Notes: generated from the letters alone by a model not told the origin. A stretch of 64,000 nucleotides of DNA from Thermoproteota archaeon (GCA_027491435.1 JAOZFG010000017.1:44466-108465), one strand, 5' to 3'. Positions 27,986 through 37,287 are shown, numbered from the stretch's first letter. Numbers and translations are program-made.

Positions 27986-29086
27986 TCAAATTGAGATACC
28001 TAGGTGCTCATCTAGCTTCATTCTTAAGTACTCCACGAACAGATCCTTGAGTTTCCTGGCGGTAGGACTCATAGCCTTGAATATCTCCAACTCAGCTTTT
28101 TTCTTCTTTTCAAGGAACCACTGGTTCTCTCTTTGCCAGAATTCGTTCTGCAGGTTGGGCAGATACACGTTATCTTGGGCGGCTTTAAGGTCCGCCGGGG
28201 TCAGCGGTTCAAGCGCGAACTGGTAATCCTTGAAGAACCCCTCTTCCACGTCTCTGGTCAGTATACCTATGAACCTGGCCTCTGGAGAGGCCAGATGGGG
28301 TATGTGAGCCGAATTTATGCTGTTGTATATGACTGTAGCGGCGATCCTAAGGGACCATGGCGATAAGTCCGTCAGGATGGCTATGGGAACCCCTTCGTCG
28401 GATAACATTCTCAGAAACCTCCTCATGCTCCTGGAGGCCTGTCCTTGAAGTATTGCTATCCCTATCTTTTTCTCCTCTGGTATGCCGAGCTCTATCATGT
28501 TCTTAGCAGGGCCCACCTTCTCTATGGCGATGACCGCTTTGACCCCTATCCTCTTGAACTTTATGTTTTCAGGCCTTGGAGGAACTGAGTAACCCATCTC
28601 TCCCACTTGATCTGCCCTTATTAACCTTCCAGACTTGTCTATGAGCTCTATATCTCCATAAATCCACCCTCTAGGGTCGCTAGTTATGGAGAAAGCCTCC
28701 CTCGGGTAGCCCAAGACTAACTCCATCAATATTATTCTGGCGTCGGTCTCCCTCTGGTCCTCTGGGAATAGAGTTCCTTTGAGCTTCTCCACCTTGTGAA
28801 CGTAGTAGAAGTCCCTTTTTGTCATAGTGAGCCCGTTTTCTAGGTGGTCTAGGGCCCTACTTATGCCGTAAAGCAAGCCAGCCAGCGTTTTGAGGCTCTT
28901 TATCCTGGATCCAGTTATCCTGCTGTAGGTCTTAGGCTTGAACACGTAGCCGACGTCTTCCAAGAACTCTATGTTAGACTGGCTGTTGGGCGGATACTCT
29001 ATCTCAGGGAACTCACCCCTCTCTATCGCTTCAGCTATTCTCTTAGCCAGCTCCAGAGCTCTCCTCCTCACTTCCTCCTTCATCAT
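27986..29086 (-). CDS. top6A: DNA topoisomerase VI subunit A
   Basis: TKRDFYY (catalytic Tyr), GYSVP, AIEK, TRRF-like SMRRFL; adjacent to top6B. Confidence 0.93.
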   Translation of the reverse strand: MMKEEVRRRALELAKRIAEAIERGEFPEIEYPPNSQSNIEFLEDVGYVFKPKTYSRITGSRIKSLKTLAGLLYGISRALDHLENGLTMTKRDFYYVHKVEKLKGTLFPEDQRETDARIILMELVLGYPREAFSITSDPRGWIYGDIELIDKSGRLIRADQVGEMGYSVPPRPENIKFKRIGVKAVIAIEKVGPAKNMIELGIPEEKKIGIAILQGQASRSMRRFLRMLSDEGVPIAILTDLSPWSLRIAATVIYNSINSAHIPHLASPEARFIGILTRDVEEGFFKDYQFALEPLTPADLKAAQDNVYLPNLQNEFWQRENQWFLEKKKKAELEIFKAMSPTARKLKDLFVEYLRMKLDEHLGISI

Positions 29087-30617
29087 TTATACCAGCCTCT
29101 CCGGCCACCTTGGTCAGGAGCTTCTCAATCGGGGGCCTTCTGCCGACCAGCTCCGTTAGGACCTCAGCTATTATCTGGTAGTACATCTTGAATATCTCAT
29201 ATCTCTTCCTCATCAGTTCCTTTCTCCTCTTTCTATTTAGGTATATCCTCAGCTCCCTAGCACATATCCTTAAGCCTAGCTCTATTTCCCTAGCTACTTC
29301 AGGCACGTTAGCTATGAACTCCTTGCCCACCGTCTTAAAGGGAACTTTAGTGGATACTATGTGGACGAAGAAGGCTACAGGCTCCTCCTCAGGGCTCTTT
29401 AAACCGTAATTGGTCCAATCAATTTTCTTTATCACGTGATAAGACACGTCACTGGACACGTCGTAGAGCAGGGGTATCTTGTTTGCGTACCTGTAAAGCT
29501 GGATTTCTCCGGTTGGCTTAAGGGCCCCTCCATACGCTATGGCAACCTCCACTATGAAGGGATTGGCTTCGTAGACCGATGGGGGCCTCTGAACCGCCTT
29601 AACGAACTCAGGCAGGAGCTCCTTCTTTATCCCCTCCTCGAACAGCTTTTCCCCTAAAGGGGCCAAGACTGATGGGTCCGGTGGCAAGAACTTCTTGTAA
29701 CTTCTTAGAGCCCTAAACAAGGCTAATATCTCCTCTTTGGTTAGTTCTGATGGTTTCTTGTCCTCGGGTATTCCGGCGAGCTTGAGAACCTCTCTAGCGG
29801 TTTTCTCCCCTACTCTCTGAAAGTGTTTGGTCAAGAAGGACTTCATGTTCCTAGTATTGGTGATCTCTACCATCCTCTGCAATAACTCAAGGTCTACACC
29901 CTTAGGATGGAATAAAGACTCCTTTGGCCTCTTAGGCAGCTCTTCTGTGCTTTTAGGGAAGAAGTAAACGTTTCCATCTGGTTCTATGAACAGTATGTCC
30001 GCATAAGGGACTACTATAGCCGTCTGGTGTAGGTACTCCACGATCTTCCTCCTGGCCCTCCCGTAGTTCCCCTCAAAGTGGGACTCAACTATGGTAAAGG
30101 AATTCCTCGATATGCCTCTGAGGATTCTCTTCTGAAGGATTTTGGGTTCATTCCTCTTTATGTCAATCATCATGGTTATCTCATAGGCCGGCTCACCCTC
30201 CCTGGCTGAGGTTATCCTAAAAGGTTTGTTGGTAGTTATCTGTCCGTAAAGTAAAGCCATGGTACCTCCTAAACCGAAGGTCCCTCTGCTCTGCATGAGC
30301 CTGTACTTGGAGCTCACGAAGACCCTGCCGAAGGCCTTAGGTATGTCATCGGGCTTGAGCCCTATGCCATTGTCGGCGACCGTTATCTTGTACCAGGGAA
30401 GGCCCTCGGACAGCGGGCCCTCTCTAGACTCCTCCTCTACGGATATGAGTATCTTGGGAGGGACGCCCTTCATTTCAGCCGCGTCTAATGCGTTTTCCAC
30501 TAGCTCTCTGACTATTGTGTAGGTGGCCCTTACTGGATTGTCGAAGCCTGCCAGCGACTTGTTCCTGTAGAAGAAATCGGACGCGCTAATTTCCTCCAGT
30601 TCAACTTTGTCCGCCAT
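29043..30617 (-). CDS. top6B: DNA topoisomerase VI subunit B
   Basis: RELVENALDA, DNGIG, QSRGTFGLG, RYANKIPLLYD, STKVPFKTVGKE. Confidence 0.97.
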   Translation of the reverse strand: MADKVELEEISASDFFYRNKSLAGFDNPVRATYTIVRELVENALDAAEMKGVPPKILISVEEESREGPLSEGLPWYKITVADNGIGLKPDDIPKAFGRVFVSSKYRLMQSRGTFGLGGTMALLYGQITTNKPFRITSAREGEPAYEITMMIDIKRNEPKILQKRILRGISRNSFTIVESHFEGNYGRARRKIVEYLHQTAIVVPYADILFIEPDGNVYFFPKSTEELPKRPKESLFHPKGVDLELLQRMVEITNTRNMKSFLTKHFQRVGEKTAREVLKLAGIPEDKKPSELTKEEILALFRALRSYKKFLPPDPSVLAPLGEKLFEEGIKKELLPEFVKAVQRPPSVYEANPFIVEVAIAYGGALKPTGEIQLYRYANKIPLLYDVSSDVSYHVIKKIDWTNYGLKSPEEEPVAFFVHIVSTKVPFKTVGKEFIANVPEVAREIELGLRICARELRIYLNRKRRKELMRKRYEIFKMYYQIIAEVLTELVGRRPPIEKLLTKVAGEAGINDEGGSEEESSGAG

Positions 30618-30625
30618 AAGATCAC

Positions 30626-31219
30626 CTAGGACTCTTCAAGCTCTTTCTTCAGCTTTCTCCAATACATCTCCTCATAGCTCCTTCTACTCTCTATCTCGGA
30701 GATCTTCTTCTCCATCGCCCTGAAAGCGGTGGAATGCATTGATCCTTCTAACAGCGAGAATATGGCCTCCCTTGCCGGGAGGATGTCATATATCTTCCCT
30801 ATTATGGACACCGTGTGTCCATAAACTGATATGTGAGTGCCGGTCTTCTTCTCTATAAAAGTCCTAGACTTACCCTTCTCTCCAATTATTCTACCCCTCA
30901 TCCTCCTGAGGGCGTTCTTACTGCTGCCCACAAACCTCCTTATGTCGATGACCTCCAACACGTAGTCGTCCTCCAGTAACTTAATTGCTATCTCGGGGTT
31001 GAACCCCCTGCCTATAGCCCTCACCACAGACTCGAGCTTCTGGGGAAGCAGGGGGTCTTTGGGCATATCGTGGAACCTTATGGTGACCTCTCCCGTGCCA
31101 CTATCAACTACTATCTCAGCTCCAGTGAGCTCCTCCAGCATGCGCTTTGTCGAGCCTCCTTTGCCTATTAGCACACCAATCCTCTCTCTTGGAATTCTAA
31201 TTGATATTTCGTAAGGCAC
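30626..31219 (-). CDS. KH-domain rRNA processing protein (Dim2/Pno1-Krr1 type)
   Basis: RIGVLIGKGG, AIGRGFNPE.A, RGRIIGEKG, LLEGSMH. Confidence 0.93.
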   Translation of the reverse strand: MPYEISIRIPRERIGVLIGKGGSTKRMLEELTGAEIVVDSGTGEVTIRFHDMPKDPLLPQKLESVVRAIGRGFNPEIAIKLLEDDYVLEVIDIRRFVGSSKNALRRMRGRIIGEKGKSRTFIEKKTGTHISVYGHTVSIIGKIYDILPAREAIFSLLEGSMHSTAFRAMEKKISEIESRRSYEEMYWRKLKKELEES

Positions 31220-31230
31220 AGGGAATCCCC

Positions 31231-32019
31231 CTACCCGGATATCTCTTCTGCTAACTTGTAGGGATCAGGTACAGTTAACTTGAACCTTCTATAAAAGAAT
31301 TGAGTCACTCGTTCAAGGTCCCTGAGCAGCAAGGAGAAGGCCAGAGGATGAGTTATCACAACCGCTTGAGATACGTCTATTATCCAGTGACTGTCCTCCC
31401 AATACATTATGTTGTATTCACTCAGATCCCCGTGTACCAACTCAGCTTCTCGATAGGCCTTCCTTATGTCTTCTATTATGGAGTTCATGATGCTCTCAGG
31501 ATCGTCTAGGCTCTCTAAGTCTTTAAGCAGAGGGGCGGGGGTAGCGTCTTTGCCTATGAACTCCATAACCAGCACGTTTCCCGTAACATCTATGGGCTTG
31601 GGTACCTTTACCCCCGCCTCCCTAAGCCTCTTCAAGTTCCTAAACTCTTTTTTTGCCCACATTCTTATTATTTTATCTCTATCCTTTACAGGTATGAACC
31701 TATAGTCGCCAGCTAAGTAATCTACATATTTCTTGAAGTTAGCTGTGTAGACCCTGTAAACTTTGACCGCTACCTCCCCTTCAGGCCCCATCCCTGCCAG
31801 AACTAGCGCTTCTTTTCCCGCGCTTATGACCCAGGTTAGATCGTATAGGACGCCCTTATTGAAGAGTTTAAGTAGGGATCTCACGGTTCTCTGGTCAAAG
31901 GCTAGCTGCCTCACCTTGTAGTACTCCTCATCCTTTATCCGCTTGAACTTTTTCTCCTCCTTCCTGAATATCTCCTCGAGCTTGGCTTCTAGCTCCTCTA
32001 CATCTTCCAACAAGAACAC
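31231..32019 (-). CDS. rio1: RIO1 family serine kinase
   Basis: ISAGKEA, AVKVYR, WAKKEFRNL, LVHGDLSEYNI, IIDVSQAV. Confidence 0.95.
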   Translation of the reverse strand: MFLLEDVEELEAKLEEIFRKEEKKFKRIKDEEYYKVRQLAFDQRTVRSLLKLFNKGVLYDLTWVISAGKEALVLAGMGPEGEVAVKVYRVYTANFKKYVDYLAGDYRFIPVKDRDKIIRMWAKKEFRNLKRLREAGVKVPKPIDVTGNVLVMEFIGKDATPAPLLKDLESLDDPESIMNSIIEDIRKAYREAELVHGDLSEYNIMYWEDSHWIIDVSQAVVITHPLAFSLLLRDLERVTQFFYRRFKLTVPDPYKLAEEISG

Positions 32020-32022
32020 CCG

Positions 32023-32376
32023 TTAGAAGGCTTCCGTGTAAGTTCCCCACTCCTCGGGTATGTATCCCCTCTCCATTAACCAAGCGACCTGCTGCTGATT
32101 ATACCTGACCACTATGTCCCCCTTACTCTTGTTAAACGGCCATATCGAAACTAGCACTATATCCCCCCTCTTTATCCAGGATCTCCTGCCCCTCAACTTG
32201 CCCCTAACCCTACATATCCTAACTACGCCGTCAGAACATTCTACTCTAAAGTGCCCTTTCCCGAGGGGCTCTAATACACGGCCAAAAACCTCGAGCTCCT
32301 CATCCGCTGGTAAAAGCTCCTCCATCTCAGCGTCAAGGGACCTCTCAACATCTCCTCTCTTCTTCTTTTTAGGCAG
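32023..32376 (-). CDS. eif1a: Translation initiation factor aIF1A; probable CTG start at 32376 (ORF track starts at ATG 32325)
   Basis: GRV...LG.GHF.V.C.DG..R.CRVRGKLR...WIKRGD.VLV..W; upstream in-frame CTG-PKKKKRG with SD GGGGTGA. Confidence 0.93.
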   Translation of the reverse strand: MPKKKKRGDVERSLDAEMEELLPADEELEVFGRVLEPLGKGHFRVECSDGVVRICRVRGKLRGRRSWIKRGDIVLVSIWPFNKSKGDIVVRYNQQQVAWLMERGYIPEEWGTYTEAF

Positions 32377-32388
32377 TTAATCACCCCC

Positions 32389-32820
32389 CTATATCTTGGG
32401 TATTGGCGTCTCAGCTCCACAGGCAGTACACCTGAGCACCCAAGTTCTCCTGACCTTCACTATTACTGTGTCGGGCCTGCCGCAGTGTGGGCAGATTACG
32501 TAGGTTCTTATGAACTTCTGTATCCTGGCATCTACCAGTTGAGGGTCCAGCTTTCTGGACAGTATTAACTTCCTTCCGTCCTCTGTGAGGAAGTAAGGCG
32601 AACCCAGTTCCTTAGAAAGGTACCTAGCCAAAAGTTTAGGATCCCTGTTGAGGGCTGTAACCAGCTCCTTAAAGTTTACTATGTGCGTCTGCTTGCCTTC
32701 CCACCTGACTATGGGCCTGGGAGGGGTAAACCTCTCACCGCTCTCAATTATATCAGGGAGAGCCTCTTTGGCAGCCCTTAGCATCTCCAAGTATTCCTCT
32801 CTTGTGGACAATCTTTTCAC
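32389..32820 (-). CDS. eif2b: Translation initiation factor aIF2 beta
   Basis: ERF.PP, NF.E....LNRDP, YVICPHCGRPDT, CTACGA. Confidence 0.96.
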   Translation of the reverse strand: MKRLSTREEYLEMLRAAKEALPDIIESGERFTPPRPIVRWEGKQTHIVNFKELVTALNRDPKLLARYLSKELGSPYFLTEDGRKLILSRKLDPQLVDARIQKFIRTYVICPHCGRPDTVIVKVRRTWVLRCTACGAETPIPKI

Positions 32821-32823
32821 CTC

Positions 32824-33450
32824 CTAACCTATGTAATAGTATCTTCCGTCTTCCTCATATATTAACCCTAGTTCCCTCAGCCTAGATAGAGCGCCCGACA
32901 CCTTTATCCGCTCCTCCCCCATTAGGTCCGCTATTTCATCCTGAGACAACCCGTCCACCTCTCTAAGTAGCTTGAGGAGTTCTTCTTCCAAATTTTTTTC
33001 ACTTCTTACCGGGGTCAGACTGGAGAACCTCAAATCCCTCCTTATAACCTCCAGCTCTCTGAGGAGAACTAAGTTAGGATCCTTCACTTTAAGAACTATC
33101 AAAGGCGATAAGTAGGGCTTATCCTTCCAGCTTCGGATCTTTGCTATGACGTCTAGAATAGACCCCCTAGCGTAAAGCTCTCCGGTTTCCTCATCTACTA
33201 GCTTATCCACGCCGTCCTCCCAGGCCCTCAACTGGATGATCCCAGTGCCGTCGAACAGGTCCAGCTTGGCAAAAGATCTGTTTTCGTGAACCCAAGTTGA
33301 AATTACCATTCCCAGAACCCTAACCTTAACGGCGCTACCCCACTTGAACCTGAAGTATCTCACGTGATCAACTGAAATGCTCTCAAATTCTCCCTCCAGT
33401 ATCTCAGATATCCTGACTTTGTAGGCTGGCTCTGTAAGGCTCGACCCCAT
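32824..33450 (-). CDS. RPA32-like OB-fold protein with C-terminal winged helix
   Basis: PAYKVRISEI..G, KVRVLGMVI, L.DGTG.I.LRAW, DPN..LLRELE, L.ELGLIYE. Confidence 0.82.
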   Translation of the reverse strand: MGSSLTEPAYKVRISEILEGEFESISVDHVRYFRFKWGSAVKVRVLGMVISTWVHENRSFAKLDLFDGTGIIQLRAWEDGVDKLVDEETGELYARGSILDVIAKIRSWKDKPYLSPLIVLKVKDPNLVLLRELEVIRRDLRFSSLTPVRSEKNLEEELLKLLREVDGLSQDEIADLMGEERIKVSGALSRLRELGLIYEEDGRYYYIG

Positions 33451-33507
33451 GACCCTCCCATAATATGGGTAATCCTTAAATAAAGGGTGGGGGTCTGTAA
33501 GTCAGGC

Positions 33508-33618
33508 GGGCCCGTGGCTCAGACTGGATAGAGCGCCCGCCTTATATGGCGGCTCCCGCTACATAACCGCCAGAGGAGAAGCGGGAGGTCGGGGGTTCAA
33601 GTCCCCCCGGGCCCACCA
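33508..33618 (+). tRNA. tRNA-Ile(TAT) with 33-nt intron (about 33546-33578)
   Basis: Body nearly identical to tRNA-Ile(GAT); CCCGC-CT TAT [intron] AA-GCGGG; intron helix TGGCGG/CCGCCA and BHB-like CCTT/GAGG helix. Confidence 0.92.
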
Positions 33619-33833
33619 CCCCGTTTAAGCCTGGTAAACAATTCCCTGTTTATCAGGTACCAAACTAGAAGGGACATTGAAAGTATCAAGAAAGCTGAGA
33701 TGACTTTAATAGCTGCTTCCAAGAACCCCTTCCCAATCGAGAGGACAGAGACCTTTATAACTAGCATAGCAGCTATGGTGAGCGCCCAACCAGACAAGAT
33801 TATCCAAATGGCCAACAACAACCCTTTGTCCAT
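33597..33833 (-). CDS. Small 2-TM membrane protein, unknown function
   Basis: Two hydrophobic helices; starts 4 nt after stop of GT4 gene with SD GAGGTGA; stop overlaps tRNA 3' end. Confidence 0.65.
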   Translation of the reverse strand: MDKGLLLAIWIILSGWALTIAAMLVIKVSVLSIGKGFLEAAIKVISAFLILSMSLLVWYLINRELFTRLKRGGGPGGT

Positions 33834-33837
33834 TTAA

Positions 33838-34809
33838 TCACCTCGGCGTCATCAGGTAATACGTAGTAAGCGAAAGTAGGCTAGACAGGGCCGTTAACGC
33901 TATTATTTCCTTGACCACCCTCCTTTCGTCCTTGCCCCTGTGCGAAACCAAGACGGCTATTAGGGTCATCGGGGCCTCGGGGTCTTCGTTAACGTAAAGC
34001 ACCCCGTCCCTAACTACAACGGGCCTTTTCATCTCCCTCCTCTCCCTAAGCCCCTTTACACTGGCTATCACCACAAATCCGGAGACCATGAAGGGTATTA
34101 GGGCTATGAAGAAGAACATCTCCCTGTTGGACGTTGCCGCTATTGAGGCTATAGCTGAGCCTACAGAGAGCGAGAGCGTGTCCCCCCCAAAGGCATCAGC
34201 AGGGTATTTATTCTTCAGGAAGTAAGGGATAAGCGAAGATATTAGAAGCAAGGTCATCCACCTTGAGGAGGCGTCCATCACCGGGAGCAGCAGCATTAGG
34301 GAAGTTATCACAGAGCCTGGCATTAACCCGTTTAACGCGTCCATCATGTTTATGGCGTTGGCGAATACTGAGAACATAATTGGTAGGATTAACCAGTAGA
34401 CGTAATACAGTCTGGCCCTTCCGACTACGGGCAGCAGGGGCCTGGGGGTCAACACCCCCAAGGCTATCAGGGGGAGGGGGGTCACTAGGAGTAAGGCGGG
34501 CTTTGTTAGGGCCGACAGGTTTATTAGGTCATCTATCATGCCTATAACCGCCCCTAAGGAGGTAGCAACGGCCACGGCTAAGAACTTAGGATTCCCTGTG
34601 ATGCCGGATAGGACGATTAACGCTGACACGAAAGGTATTACCACGGCGGGCCCCACAGGCTCAGGAACCCACCTCTCCTCCCTCTTGTGATAGTCCCTAG
34701 ACAATCTTCCAGCCTTCTTCAGTCTATAGATGTACGACCTGAGAGCCCACTCCGTAAAGGCGGCCGTAACTATCAGAGAGAGTGGCACCAGCAGATCCTC
34801 AGCTGACAT
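33838..34809 (-). CDS. MraY/GPT-like polyprenyl-phosphate sugar-1-P transferase (AglH-like), paralogue 1
   Basis: D.HK...VPEP.G, GMIDDL.NL...KP, NAINMMDALNGL, YPADAFGGDT. Confidence 0.85.
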   Translation of the reverse strand: MSAEDLLVPLSLIVTAAFTEWALRSYIYRLKKAGRLSRDYHKREERWVPEPVGPAVVIPFVSALIVLSGITGNPKFLAVAVATSLGAVIGMIDDLINLSALTKPALLLVTPLPLIALGVLTPRPLLPVVGRARLYYVYWLILPIMFSVFANAINMMDALNGLMPGSVITSLMLLLPVMDASSRWMTLLLISSLIPYFLKNKYPADAFGGDTLSLSVGSAIASIAATSNREMFFFIALIPFMVSGFVVIASVKGLRERREMKRPVVVRDGVLYVNEDPEAPMTLIAVLVSHRGKDERRVVKEIIALTALSSLLSLTTYYLMTPR

Positions 34810-34862
34810 CGCCTTAAACTGATCGCTTAAATTAAAAATCGTTAGATCATGATTGAGATGAG

Positions 34863-35798
34863 ATGCCCTTGGAGAGCATTATCACGCTAATAGCTGTCGG
34901 TGTGGTTGCCTATTGGCTTCAGAAGCTGTGGATATCTTCCTCCTGGAGGGCTAATTTGGTATCAAAGGACCTTCATAAAGCGGGGGAAGTGAGAGCCGTT
35001 AGGATAGGGGCCTTACCTCACGCTATGGTTGCTGTAATCTCCCTGTGCTGGGCAGTCTGGGCGCTAGACGTCCCCTACGTCTTAATGGCTTCTTCATACT
35101 ACGCGCTATTAGGACTGGCGGATGACGTGATAGGCCTGAGGAATTTGGAGAAGATCATATACTCATCTTTCCCGCTAATAGCCGCCTATCACGTCTATAA
35201 ACCGTTCAAGCTTTGGTTCGCTCTCCCATATCCTTTGATGGCAATAATATCTGTGTTGTTCGTCGTGTACGTGGCCAACGCCGTCAACACGTTAGCCGGG
35301 TTTAACGGATTAGAGATGGGGAGTACCGCTATAATATCTGGCTTCTTAGCTTTAATCTCTTTAATAAAAAAGTACGAAAATGCTTTCTTTGTTTACTTAA
35401 TACTGTTTATTCTATCACTTATATTCCTTAAAGATAACTGGTACCCGGCGAAGGCCTTTCCCGGCAACGTGGGCACGTTTTTCTTTGGAGGAATTTTAGC
35501 CCTAGCTTCTTCCATCTACGGGCTTTACTGGGAAATGATTATTTTGACGTTGCCTCATGGGGTAGATTTCTTCCTAAAATTGATTAGTTGGAGGAGAACT
35601 GCCAAAAAAGTGCCTGCTAAGGTGAGGTCGGATGGTACCTTAGAACCCCCAGGAAACCTCTCTCTAGCTGCTATACTGATTAGAAAGGGGATAAATAAGG
35701 AGAAAAAGATAGTAGTAACCATACTAGCCGTTGAAGCACTTCTGGGGGTCGTGGCGCTCACCTACTCGCTTTTAACTTTATGTACATTCTCCAGGTGA
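34863..35798 (+). CDS. MraY/GPT-like transferase (AglH-like), paralogue 2
   Basis: KDLHK, GLADDVIGL, NAVNTLAGFNGLE.G, NWYPAKAFPGNVG. Confidence 0.85.
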   Translation: MPLESIITLIAVGVVAYWLQKLWISSSWRANLVSKDLHKAGEVRAVRIGALPHAMVAVISLCWAVWALDVPYVLMASSYYALLGLADDVIGLRNLEKIIYSSFPLIAAYHVYKPFKLWFALPYPLMAIISVLFVVYVANAVNTLAGFNGLEMGSTAIISGFLALISLIKKYENAFFVYLILFILSLIFLKDNWYPAKAFPGNVGTFFFGGILALASSIYGLYWEMIILTLPHGVDFFLKLISWRRTAKKVPAKVRSDGTLEPPGNLSLAAILIRKGINKEKKIVVTILAVEALLGVVALTYSLLTLCTFSR

Positions 35799-37287
35799 GT
35801 ATGGGCTTCCTGTTGGCCAGAGTCTCATCCAACCTCCTCACGGAAGAGTTCTTTGGGGCCCTCTTAAGAGCTTCAGAATCCTCCATGGCCAGCTCCCTTA
35901 TTTCTTTCATAGCCTTGACGTACTCATCTATTTCCTCCAAGCTATCCGACTCTGTGGGCTCCATCATAAACGCCTCCTTGACTATAAGCGGGAAGTATAT
36001 GGTGGGCGGGTGCAGCCCCCTATCTATTAGGGCCTTGGCTACGTCGAGGGCCCTCACGCCATACTCCTTGAGGTCCTCCAGCGTTAATACGAACTCGTGC
36101 TTACAGGGCCTTTCCTTACCATAGGCCACCTTGTAACCGTAGTCTACTAGTTTTCTTCTAGCGTAGTTAGCGTTTAGCACCGCTATAGAGGACACCTTCC
36201 TGAGACCTTCGGTTCCAATCATCTTAAGATATGCCCAAGATTTTATTAGAACTTCGGAATTTCCATAGAATGTTCTTATCTTTCCAATGGTTTTAGGAAC
36301 ATTATAATCAAAATAGAACTTATTTCCAGACTTTTTAATCAGAGGAACTGGCAGGAAGTCTTTCAGGTCCTCTGTCACACCTACGGCTCCTGCGCCCGGG
36401 CCTCCCCCTCCGTGAGGGGCCGCAAACGTCTTGTGCATGTTAAGGTGGGCTACGTCCACTCCCATATCAGATAGCCTAACCCACCCCAGTATTGCGTTTA
36501 AGTTAGCGCCATCGTAGTAGATTAGACCTCCTGCAGAATGAATCAAGTCGCTTATCTCTAGTATGTCCGATTCAAATATCCCCAGGGTATTCGGGTTAGT
36601 TATCATTATGCCGGCAGTCCTCTCCCCTACTACAGCCCTAAGGGCGTCTATGTCTATAGTACCCTCGCTAGACGTGGGCACCTTTATCACCCTAAAGCCC
36701 GCCATGGCTGCGGAGGCGAAGTTAGACCCGTGAGCTGAGACCGGTATTATCATCTCGTCTCTTTGCCTCTCTCCCTCGTCTAGGTGCTTGGCCCTTATGA
36801 TAAGTGCGCCCACGAACTCCCCCTGAGCTCCAGCAGCTGGCTGCAGAGTGTAATGGGGAAGTCCAGTTATGGAGGATAGCATCTCCTGTAACTCGTACAT
36901 AATCCTGAGGATATGTTGAGCTGCCTCAGTTGGGATGAACGGGTGTAGCCTCCTCACCCTGTCGCTGCTAGCTATCCTCATGGCGGCTTTGGGGTTGTAT
37001 TTCATGGTGCAGGATCCTAGCCAGTAAGAGCCGCTATCCACCCCATAATTCATCTGAGCTAGTCTGCTGAAATGTCTGGCCACCTGGGGTTCGGCCATGC
37101 CGGGAAGGTTTATCTCCTTCCTTTTCATGTTCTCCGGTATCAGTTCGTCAGTTTCACCTACAATAGAGATTATGTCTGGGTCAGGCTCAGCGATTTTAGT
37201 CCCTCCTCTGCCCAAGACGCCTAGTTCGAATACCGTAGGCTCTAGGACTTCATTAGACTTCCTCCAGGTGGCCTGCCTGAATTTCAT
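35758..37287 (-). CDS. gcvPB: Glycine dehydrogenase subunit 2
   Basis: FRQA.W, LGSCTMKYNP, LQPAAGAQGE, HLNMHKTF..PHGGGGPG. Confidence 0.97.
   Translation of the reverse strand: MKFRQATWRKSNEVLEPTVFELGVLGRGGTKIAEPDPDIISIVGETDELIPENMKRKEINLPGMAEPQVARHFSRLAQMNYGVDSGSYWLGSCTMKYNPKAAMRIASSDRVRRLHPFIPTEAAQHILRIMYELQEMLSSITGLPHYTLQPAAGAQGEFVGALIIRAKHLDEGERQRDEMIIPVSAHGSNFASAAMAGFRVIKVPTSSEGTIDIDALRAVVGERTAGIMITNPNTLGIFESDILEISDLIHSAGGLIYYDGANLNAILGWVRLSDMGVDVAHLNMHKTFAAPHGGGGPGAGAVGVTEDLKDFLPVPLIKKSGNKFYFDYNVPKTIGKIRTFYGNSEVLIKSWAYLKMIGTEGLRKVSSIAVLNANYARRKLVDYGYKVAYGKERPCKHEFVLTLEDLKEYGVRALDVAKALIDRGLHPPTIYFPLIVKEAFMMEPTESDSLEEIDEYVKAMKEIRELAMEDSEALKRAPKNSSVRRLDETLANRKPILTWRMYIKLKASR

Noticed and set aside
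33597-33618. CDS stop inside tRNA-Ile 3' end as an att site; the 3' segment also matches tRNA-Ile(GAT) and tRNA-Arg(CCG)
   Set aside because: No integrase or orphan tRNA fragment; the matches are between complete tRNA genes.
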